Positions 15,556 through 22,835 of a stretch of DNA of 24,786 bases are shown here, piece by piece. The notes beneath the pieces were generated by a model. It was not told the origin of the DNA. It saw only the letters and a program-made list of their open reading frames with translations, and did not search any database. Source of the DNA: Candidatus Micrarchaeota archaeon (GTDB lineage Archaea; Micrarchaeota; Micrarchaeia; Anstonellales; Bilamarchaeaceae); the NCBI GenBank assembly GCA_032123335.1, contig JAQBFN010000018.1, positions 1 through 24,786 of the forward strand, in the 5' to 3' direction. The first letter of the stretch is position 1; each line of letters starts with the position of its first letter. The position numbers and the translations under genes were made by a program.

Positions 15556-15669
15556 AAAAGCAGTGGCACGGTATTAGGGGGGAGGGCTTTCGTCTGGGTT
15601 TTTGGGCAGGATAAAACTGGATAAAAAAGCGAACAGAAGTATTTAAACTTATTATGAGAAAAAGGGCGC

Positions 15670-16365
15670 ATGAGCGAGAAAGATCTTCCAATTTTCAGAA
15701 AAGACAGGATGAGTACCGGGGTGCAGGCCCTGGACATCATGCTGGAGGGGGGCTACAAGTTCCCCGGGACTTCCCTGCTTATGGCTCCTACGGGCTCGGA
15801 GAAGCAGTGCTTTGCTGCGCATTTTGTAAAGGCAGGGCTTTCTGAGGGGGATGTAGTGATTTACGTTACTACGGATAAAACTCCAAAAGAGGTGGAAAAG
15901 ACGGCTGCGGGATGGGATTTACACTTTAAGGGGCCGGGGCAGATCTTCTATATAGACTGCTATACGCAGGGGGAAGCAAGCGGGAAGGCAAATGAGTATA
16001 AGGTGGGGGGACCGGGGGCGCTGAATGAGATTTCGTTGTATATAAGCGAGATACTCAGGAATAATGAGGGGAAGCGGTTCAGGGTGGTTTTCCATTCTTT
16101 CTCCACTTTTGCGCTGTACAATGAACAGAGCTCGCTTTTCAAGTTCCTCCAGTCGGTGGAAGGAAGGGTAAAGGGGGCGAACGGAACGATACTACTGCTT
16201 GTGGAAGAGGGAATGCACGAGGAAAGATTCCTTACTACACTGAGGCACGGCATAGACGAGGAGTACAACCTGAGGAACAAGGACAAGATGAAGGAGCTTG
16301 TGAGCGACAAGCTTCCAATTGCGGTGCCGCTTAGGGTGGGGCCGCTAGGAGTGGAGGTGGAATAG
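15670..16365 (+). CDS. KaiC/RAD55-like RecA-superfamily ATPase, single domain, degenerate Walker motifs
   Basis: STGVQALDIMLEGG, APTGSEKQ (Walker A position), VIYVTTD, IDCY, RVVFHSFS (Walker B position). TTTAAA at 15642-15647 fits a leaderless start. Confidence 0.82.
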   Translation: MSEKDLPIFRKDRMSTGVQALDIMLEGGYKFPGTSLLMAPTGSEKQCFAAHFVKAGLSEGDVVIYVTTDKTPKEVEKTAAGWDLHFKGPGQIFYIDCYTQGEASGKANEYKVGGPGALNEISLYISEILRNNEGKRFRVVFHSFSTFALYNEQSSLFKFLQSVEGRVKGANGTILLLVEEGMHEERFLTTLRHGIDEEYNLRNKDKMKELVSDKLPIAVPLRVGPLGVEVE

Positions 16366-16743
16366 ATGCCAGGAGGAATGGATGGGCAGGCGCTGCTGAA
16401 CAAGCTCAAGGAAAGGGACATCATGGCCGCAATAGTTGGGAATGATGGGTCAAGGATTGCATCCAATTTCGGGATGCAGGATGGGGTTGAGAACTATTCT
16501 TCTTCCACGTTTAATGTGGGGGATGCGCTCCTGCGGCAGGCGGGGGAAGAGGCTTCAGAAATTGTGATAACTACGGACAGGGGAAACCTTGTGCTAAAGA
16601 GGGTTGAAGAAGGGGTTCTCCTTGTGCTGATTAAAACCAAGGACCAGTATGCATTCTACAAGGGGCTTATGGGGGCAGGGGAACCGTTGGCAGCAGCGGA
16701 AGAGGAAAAGGAAGAATCAGAAGAAAAAGAGGAGAGCGGGTAA
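16366..16743 (+). CDS. Roadblock/LC7-like protein with acidic tail
   Basis: AAIVGNDGSRIASN...EIVITTDRGNLVLKRVEEGVLLVLI pattern. Start abuts the KaiC-like stop. Confidence 0.7.
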   Translation: MPGGMDGQALLNKLKERDIMAAIVGNDGSRIASNFGMQDGVENYSSSTFNVGDALLRQAGEEASEIVITTDRGNLVLKRVEEGVLLVLIKTKDQYAFYKGLMGAGEPLAAAEEEKEESEEKEESG

Positions 16744-18065
16744 TGGATTCTGACTCCATCCTTTCACTCCTTGGGAAGCAAAAAGATTTTTGCGAAGCAA
16801 GGGTGGAGAGGCTCGAATTTTCAAGCATCAGGTTCAAGGATGGGGAAGTGCAGGTCAACTCGGGAACTGAGGAGGGCGCAAATGTGCGTGTTTTCAGGAA
16901 TGGATGCTGGGGGTTTGCATCCGGGAAACCTGATGAGCTTCCGAAATTGCTAAAGAAAGCAAAAAAGCTTGCGTCCGTGGGGAAGGGGAAGCTTAAGCTC
17001 ACCGGGCGAAGCAATTTGGGGAAAGGGAAAAAATGGAAAATGGGGAAAGGGATAGGAGTGGAGGAGCTTGTGAGGGTGAGCAAAGAGCTGGGGAAGAGGA
17101 TGAAGAGCAAAAGGATTACGAACAGGTCCATTGGGCTTTTTGAGCAGGTGGATTGCGGGGAATATTACAATTCTGGGGGGGAGAGCGTTTCAGAAAGTTC
17201 ACTTGTTATGTATGGGAGGTTTTCGGCTGTTGGAAAGAAGGGGAGCCGGAGTGGGGAGGGGGGAGAAAGGTTTAGTTCTTTGAAGAAGTGGAATGAGGGG
17301 GAGTTGCTGGAAAAAGCAAAGGAAGCGAGAAGGAAGTGCGAAGAATCGCTGGACGCGGGAGCTGCAAGGAAAGGGGAGCTTTCGATTGTGATGGATAGTT
17401 CGCTTGCAGGAGTTTTTGCGCATGAGGCGGTGGGGCATGCATGCGAAGCGGATGGGATAATAGATGGAACTTCGATACTTGGAAACAAGATGGGGAAGAA
17501 GATTGGCTCCGGGCTGATAACCATCTGGGATGACCCCGGGCTGGAAGATGGTTTTGGGCGATATTCATTTGATGAAGAAGGAATGGCGGGAAAACGGGTT
17601 GCGCTGATAAAGAAGGGGAGAGTTGCGGGGAGGCTGCATTCCATTGAAACTGCTGCAGAGCTTGGGGAAAAACCAAATGGGCATGGGAGGAGTGAATCCT
17701 ATGCATGCAGCCCGATTGTGCGGATGAGCAATACCTGCATTGAACCTGGGAAGCAGGAGGTGGAGGAGCTTATGGGAATGAAGAAGGGGCTGTACCTGAA
17801 GGGAATGAGCGGGGGAAGCGTAGACCCGTTTACAGGGCAGTTCATGTTTAGGTGCGAAGAAGCATTTCCTGTGGTTAATGGAGAGGTGGGGAAACGGGTA
17901 AGGGCTGTTTCCATTACTGGAACTATTATGGGGACCCTTTTGGAAGTGGATGGAGTTGCAAAGGACTTTGGGACATCTCCGGGGTTCTGCGGAAAGGAAG
18001 GGCAGAATGTGAGGGTTAGTGATGGGGGGCCGCATGTGCGGGTAAATAAAATAAGGGTTGGCTAA
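16743..18065 (+). CDS. tldD: TldD family metalloprotease
   Basis: GANVRV..GCWGFAS, FAHEAVGHACEAD (HExxxH), FDEEG, PIVRMSNT and GFCGKEGQNVRVSDGGPH. Confidence 0.9.
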   Translation: MDSDSILSLLGKQKDFCEARVERLEFSSIRFKDGEVQVNSGTEEGANVRVFRNGCWGFASGKPDELPKLLKKAKKLASVGKGKLKLTGRSNLGKGKKWKMGKGIGVEELVRVSKELGKRMKSKRITNRSIGLFEQVDCGEYYNSGGESVSESSLVMYGRFSAVGKKGSRSGEGGERFSSLKKWNEGELLEKAKEARRKCEESLDAGAARKGELSIVMDSSLAGVFAHEAVGHACEADGIIDGTSILGNKMGKKIGSGLITIWDDPGLEDGFGRYSFDEEGMAGKRVALIKKGRVAGRLHSIETAAELGEKPNGHGRSESYACSPIVRMSNTCIEPGKQEVEELMGMKKGLYLKGMSGGSVDPFTGQFMFRCEEAFPVVNGEVGKRVRAVSITGTIMGTLLEVDGVAKDFGTSPGFCGKEGQNVRVSDGGPHVRVNKIRVG

Positions 18066-18811
18066 AGGGAGGAAATCGTCTTTTTGTAGGCTTCGGGGAG
18101 AGCTTCGGCCAGGTCCGAGGCACAGTATGCATAATTCTGCTTTTTGAAAAGGAGGTCTCCCGCAAACCCGGCAATGTATGCGGCTGAGGCTGCTGCTACC
18201 AGTGGGGGGTTTGTGCAGAAGAATGCGGCTGTGAGGCCTGCGAGCACGTCCCCGGTTCCTCCCTTAGTCATGCCGGGGTTTCCTTTTGTGTTTTTGATTA
18301 CCCTGGTTCCATCGGAAATGAAATCCGTGGGGCCCTTCTTGAGTATTGTGCAGGAGTAGTTCCTTGCGAATTCCTGCACGTTATTGGGGGTAGAGGAAAC
18401 TCCAAAAAGCCTTCGGAATTCTCCTTCGTGCGGAGTTATCAAGGTGCCTTTGAGATTCTGTTTGGTTATTTTCTTGAAGCCGTCCCCATCGATTACCTTT
18501 CTTTTGTAATTCCTTAGTTTGGAAAATGGGAATTTTGCTTCCCCTAAACCAGGGCCATAGAGAACGCAGTCTGCTTCCACCGGCTCGGAAACGATTATGG
18601 GCTCTGGGATTGAAAGGACGGATTGGAGAATATCCGGGGAGCTGTCCCCTGGAAGGAAATAGGTTAAGTCGCAGAACCTGCGTGCCCCAAGGATGCTGAA
18701 AGAGGGGGCGCCGTGGTACTGCTTGCTTCCGGCAATGATTAGGAGCTTTCCATTTTCGCCTTTCCTGGAGAGCCTTCCTGGAACCTTGAGCTTCTTTAGG
18801 GCCCGCTTCAT
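18062..18811 (-). CDS. nnrD: ADP-dependent NAD(P)HX dehydratase (YjeF C-terminal domain)
   Basis: KGENGKLLIIAGS.QYHGAP, GPGLG, VIDGDG, ITPHEGEF, LKKG and MTKGGTGDVLAG. Confidence 0.92.
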   Translation of the reverse strand: MKRALKKLKVPGRLSRKGENGKLLIIAGSKQYHGAPSFSILGARRFCDLTYFLPGDSSPDILQSVLSIPEPIIVSEPVEADCVLYGPGLGEAKFPFSKLRNYKRKVIDGDGFKKITKQNLKGTLITPHEGEFRRLFGVSSTPNNVQEFARNYSCTILKKGPTDFISDGTRVIKNTKGNPGMTKGGTGDVLAGLTAAFFCTNPPLVAAASAAYIAGFAGDLLFKKQNYAYCASDLAEALPEAYKKTISSL

Positions 18812-18863
18812 GGCTTTTGTTCGTGATGATAATTTTTATAAGTTGGGTTGGAAAGGGAAGAAG

Positions 18864-19640
18864 ATGAAGCACCCGTTCCTGGTGGCCGGCGCAGGGTTGA
18901 TACTTATACTTGCCCAGATTTTGCTCTGGACAGGGATTGTGGTGTTTCAGCTTCCGGGGGCGCAGGAGGAGCTTACAGTAAACCTGAAAATGTATGTGCC
19001 GGAGGATGTAATTCCGCTTATCCTGATGTATTATCCTGAGCTTCAGGCGCTTACATATGAGAGCTCTGTGGGGTACTGCGAGTACAAGGAAATCTTGAAT
19101 ATGGATATGGAAGTGGAGGGGCTTACTGATGAGTATGTGTGTGAGATTATTGATGATGGGCTTGTGCACAATACTTATGAGTTGAGATATTATCTTGCAA
19201 GGAAGGTTGTTTCCCAGAAAGTTGATGAGTATTCGGTTGCTTATGGGCCGCAGGTTTCGGACCTGGGGGTGTGGGGGCTGCCACTCATTGTGGTTGGGAT
19301 GCTGATTGGGTTCGGGGCTTTTGCGGTATTCTATTTTGCGACTACTACACTTCCAAAGGGAGTGTTCTACTATTCTGTTTTGAGCGGAATTTGTGCACTG
19401 GGGTTCATGGTTTTGAGCGTGGTGTGCTTCCTGCTTATTCCTGGGGTTGTGGTGGGGCAGATGGAAGGGGGCGTGGCTGTAGGGTTTGAGAGTGAGGTGT
19501 TTGAGCTTACTAAAATCCATATACACAACATGGTTGAGGGGCTGTTTATGGAGCCGGCGCTTATTTTTGGGGGAATGGCTTTTGTTTTCTCTGTTGTTTC
19601 CGCGCTGTTTTACTTGATGTCGATGAATTCAAAAGATTAA
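18864..19640 (+). CDS. Hypothetical membrane protein (about 4 TM helices)
   Basis: One N-terminal and three C-terminal hydrophobic segments flanking an acidic soluble region. Start ATG 18864, about 25 nt after TTATAA. Confidence 0.75.
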   Translation: MKHPFLVAGAGLILILAQILLWTGIVVFQLPGAQEELTVNLKMYVPEDVIPLILMYYPELQALTYESSVGYCEYKEILNMDMEVEGLTDEYVCEIIDDGLVHNTYELRYYLARKVVSQKVDEYSVAYGPQVSDLGVWGLPLIVVGMLIGFGAFAVFYFATTTLPKGVFYYSVLSGICALGFMVLSVVCFLLIPGVVVGQMEGGVAVGFESEVFELTKIHIHNMVEGLFMEPALIFGGMAFVFSVVSALFYLMSMNSKD

Positions 19641-20411
19641 GGAATTTATTTTTTCAACTGTTTTTTTTGCTTCGGCTAGTGCTGCAGGTACAGGGGAAAC
19701 CTTGCTGTTTTCATGGGCATATGCAATTGCGGAAGAGGAATTTATCCGGTGTATAAATGGGTTTTCCTTGAGGGCTTTCAGGGTTTTGAAAGAGCCGCCC
19801 TGAGTACCGATTCCCGGGATTAAGAGGGGGGTGTTTTTTCCTGCAAGCTTTACTGCTTCAGGGATTGCATCGCTTGTTGCGCCTACAACTAAACCTGTGC
19901 CCCATTGCTTGGCTTTCTTGAATACTTCGGAATAAAGATGCTCTTTTCCAAGCTTTTTCTCCTGGAAATCCTTTGCGCCTGGGTTGCTTGTGCGGCCAAG
20001 CATGTATGGGAGCTTTCCTTTCTGCACGAAGGGCTTTACGCTGTCTTCTCCCATATAGGGGGAAATTGTTACTGCATCTGCCTGCCAGAAATTGTAGGCT
20101 TCGGCTGCATATGCTTCGCTGGATTTTCCGATGTCTCCGCGCTTTGCATCCAGGATTACGAAAGACAGGGGTTTGTAGCGGTCGATTATTTCCTTGAGTG
20201 CAAAGAGGCCATCAAAGCCTTCTGCTGCAAAATATGCATAGTTGGGCTTGATTGCGGAGATTAGGTTTTCATCCAGAAGGGCATCTATGATTTCGGAGAA
20301 ATAGGGGACGATTTCAGAGTTCATGCGGGACCTAACCGGGTCTACGCCAAAACAAAGAATGCTTTTGGTTTCTTCTGCTGTTATCTTGAGCTTTTCAAGT
20401 GCCATACTCAT
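19629..20411 (-). CDS. pyrF: Orotidine-5'-phosphate decarboxylase
   Basis: LCFGVDP, IKPNYAYF, ILDAKRGDIG (DxKxxD), RTSNPGA, LVVGAT, LIPGIGTQGG and INSS. Start 20411 or 20405. Confidence 0.93.
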   Translation of the reverse strand: MSMALEKLKITAEETKSILCFGVDPVRSRMNSEIVPYFSEIIDALLDENLISAIKPNYAYFAAEGFDGLFALKEIIDRYKPLSFVILDAKRGDIGKSSEAYAAEAYNFWQADAVTISPYMGEDSVKPFVQKGKLPYMLGRTSNPGAKDFQEKKLGKEHLYSEVFKKAKQWGTGLVVGATSDAIPEAVKLAGKNTPLLIPGIGTQGGSFKTLKALKENPFIHRINSSSAIAYAHENSKVSPVPAALAEAKKTVEKINSLIF

Positions 20412-21099
20412 CCCTGTATCTCTGGAAGGCTGCGTAAATTTCATCGGTTACGTGCACCTTTCCATTTATTTCCTTTCCTTTGAGGTATTCAAATGCATCG
20501 GATATTTTTGCGATTGCGTGGACCGGGATTTTGGTTTTTTCAACGAACTCTTCCACTGCACTAACACCCTTGGGCATCTCTCCCTCATACCCTCCCTCCA
20601 GTTTTTCTTCCGTGGATCTCCTCTGCACCCTCTCTTCCCGATCTACCCCAATTACCATGCACTTTACTTTTGCTCCCATGGATTCCAGGAGCTCTACGGA
20701 TTCATATTTTGTGCCCCCGGTTGTGAAAACATCATCTACAAGGATTACTTCCTCGCCTTCCTGGGGGAGCCTGCCTACAAAGGCGCCCTCGTCCCCGTGA
20801 GTTTTGGTTTCCTTGCGGTTGAAGAGCCAGCTTGTGCGGATTTTGTGGTCGCGAAAAAGGGAAACCGAAGCTGCAACCGCAAGCGGGATTCCCTTGTATG
20901 CGGGACCGTAGATTATGGGGGCGGGGACGTGCTTCATTATTTCAGATGCGAAGAATTGGGAAAGCCGGTCTAGGCCTTCTCCGGTGCAGATTACGCCGGT
21001 GTTTACAAAATAGGGGGATTTCCTTCCGCTTTTGAGGGTGAAATTACCGAATTTGAGGGCGTTTTCTTTTACGAGGAATTCAATGAACTCTGCGTTCAT
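20395..21099 (-). CDS. pyrE: Orotate phosphoribosyltransferase
   Basis: FGNFTLKSGRKSPYFVN, GPAYKGIPLA, NRKETKTHGD and PRPP-binding ILVDDVFTTGGT. Confidence 0.95.
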   Translation of the reverse strand: MNAEFIEFLVKENALKFGNFTLKSGRKSPYFVNTGVICTGEGLDRLSQFFASEIMKHVPAPIIYGPAYKGIPLAVAASVSLFRDHKIRTSWLFNRKETKTHGDEGAFVGRLPQEGEEVILVDDVFTTGGTKYESVELLESMGAKVKCMVIGVDREERVQRRSTEEKLEGGYEGEMPKGVSAVEEFVEKTKIPVHAIAKISDAFEYLKGKEINGKVHVTDEIYAAFQRYRDEYGT

Positions 21100-21848
21100 T
21101 TTTTCCCCTCCCGTACTGCCTTTACGAATTTCTTTACTGCTTCCACGCCTCCGTTCTTTTCGAAAGAGGTTCCTACCTGGACAATGTCGGCGCCTGCCTT
21201 GATTACGGATTTTGCTTCTTCCGGGGTGCGGATTCCCCCTGCAACTATGTAGGGGACATCGAGCACTGAGGAAACGGCATTCACCATTTCCAGGGGGATA
21301 TGGCCTTCATTGGGGTTGCTTCCCGCATCTGTGATTACGAGCCTGAAGCCCATGTACTGGGCTGCAAGGGCGGTTGCGGCTGCAAGCTGGGGCTTGTTTC
21401 TCGGAATCATGTTTGCATCGCCTACCCAGCCTACTGTGCCTCCGGGCTCAACAACCATGTAGCCTACTGAGAGGGGTTCGATTCCGTATTGCTTTACCAT
21501 GGGGGCTGCAAGGGTTTGGGCGCCTGTAATCCAGTAGGGATTGCGGGAGTTGAGCATGGACATGAAATAGACTGCATCTCCGTATCTGGAAACGGTTCCG
21601 ATGTTTCCTGGGAAGAAGACTACTGGGACATTCACGTTTTCCTTTACCTGTTTTGTAACCTGGTCAAGCATTTCACCCTGGACTCCTGTGCTTCCACCAA
21701 TAAGAAGGATGTCTGCACCGCCTTCGTCCATGTTTTTGGCGGTTTTTACTGCATCCTCAAGCGAGGGATAATCTAATGGGTCCAGCACTGAGAATAGAAG
21801 TGCTTTGTGCTCTTCGAGCTTTTCGTGAATGTAATTCTCAACTTTCAT
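21096..21848 (-). CDS. Geranylgeranylglyceryl phosphate synthase (PcrB/GGGPS family)
   Basis: VLDP, LLIGGSTG, FFPG, SMLNSRNPYWITGAQ, YMVVEPG, DAGS, VAGGIR and GADIVQVGT. Confidence 0.92.
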   Translation of the reverse strand: MKVENYIHEKLEEHKALLFSVLDPLDYPSLEDAVKTAKNMDEGGADILLIGGSTGVQGEMLDQVTKQVKENVNVPVVFFPGNIGTVSRYGDAVYFMSMLNSRNPYWITGAQTLAAPMVKQYGIEPLSVGYMVVEPGGTVGWVGDANMIPRNKPQLAAATALAAQYMGFRLVITDAGSNPNEGHIPLEMVNAVSSVLDVPYIVAGGIRTPEEAKSVIKAGADIVQVGTSFEKNGGVEAVKKFVKAVREGKK

Positions 21849-21888
21849 GGTAAACCTCCCGCTAATTTATGAAAAACTGTCTTTATAA

Positions 21889-22779
21889 CTATTTGTTTTG
21901 GGGTTTTCGAGCCATATAATCGGAAACTATCTCCTCAATTCCGCGCTTTATGGGGCGGGGATTGAAGCCAAGCTCCTGCTGGGCTTTTGAATAGTCGAAC
22001 ACGCGGTCTGCGGAAAGGATGGAGATATGCTCGCGGGTGAGCTTGGGGGTTTTCTTGGTTTCTTCAAGGCGGGCGAAGAGTTTGGCGAGCCAGATGGGCA
22101 TGGTGGAATTGGGGGGAATTGCTCCTAGGGCATGGGCCGCATAGGTGTAAATCTGGCGCTGGGTTGCGGAGGGGCCGGAAACTACAAATGTGCCGGTTTT
22201 CCTGAGGGCCTTGGGGAATACGGTTGCGCAGTCGTCTGCGTGCACAAAGGAAATGCGGTTGGAACCGTCTCCAAAAATCTTCATTTTGTGTTTTTCAATC
22301 ATGTGGAGGACCATGAAATAGTCCTCGAACTGGGGGCCGTAGAGCACTCCCAGGCGGAGAATGGTGTGCTTTTTCTTGGTGCGCACGAGCTGCTCTGCTT
22401 CGAGCTTGGTGCGCGAGTAATCTGAATCCGGGTTGGTGGGGGTTCCCTCATCTGCCGGGATTTGCTCCAGCTCCTTTCCATAGACTGTGATTGAGCCTGC
22501 GAATACGATGTGGCAGTTGGGAGGGGAGGCGTTTACGATGCGGCGGGTGAGCTCCACATTCGCTTCCTGGAGGAAGTTTTTGTCCCAGGTGCGCACAGAG
22601 CCGGCGAGGTGGATTATGTGGGTTGCATCTTTGAGGATTTTTTTGAGGGATGCTTCTGAGAAATTTGTGACTATTTCGTTTGGGAGTCCGGACTTCGTCC
22701 TGACTAGGGGAATTGCGTCTACTTGCTCAAGGACTGAGCGGCCAAGGCGGCCCGTGGCCCCCGTAATGTAGGCTTTCAC
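21889..22779 (-). CDS. NAD-dependent epimerase/dehydratase (extended SDR)
   Basis: ITGATGRLG, IIHLAG, YSRTK (YxxxK), LYGP and FVHADD. GTG start at 22779 fits the TATA box at 22804-22811. Confidence 0.88.
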   Translation of the reverse strand: MKAYITGATGRLGRSVLEQVDAIPLVRTKSGLPNEIVTNFSEASLKKILKDATHIIHLAGSVRTWDKNFLQEANVELTRRIVNASPPNCHIVFAGSITVYGKELEQIPADEGTPTNPDSDYSRTKLEAEQLVRTKKKHTILRLGVLYGPQFEDYFMVLHMIEKHKMKIFGDGSNRISFVHADDCATVFPKALRKTGTFVVSGPSATQRQIYTYAAHALGAIPPNSTMPIWLAKLFARLEETKKTPKLTREHISILSADRVFDYSKAQQELGFNPRPIKRGIEEIVSDYMARKPQNK

Positions 22780-22803
22780 GCGGGAATTATGAATGGGAAA
22801 AGA

Positions 22804-22811
22804 TATATAAA
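22804..22811. promoter_or_regulatory. Bidirectional TATA box shared by divergent genes
   Basis: TATATAAA centred exactly between GTG 22779 (minus) and ATG 22836 (plus). Confidence 0.6.
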
Positions 22812-22835
22812 CTATTTTACACGTAATTATACTAT

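Noticed and set aside
15556..15669. Possible attR (duplicate of the tRNA 3' end) closing the islet
   Set aside because: No copy of the tRNA 3' sequence found by eye and no integrase in the window, so no mobile element is called.
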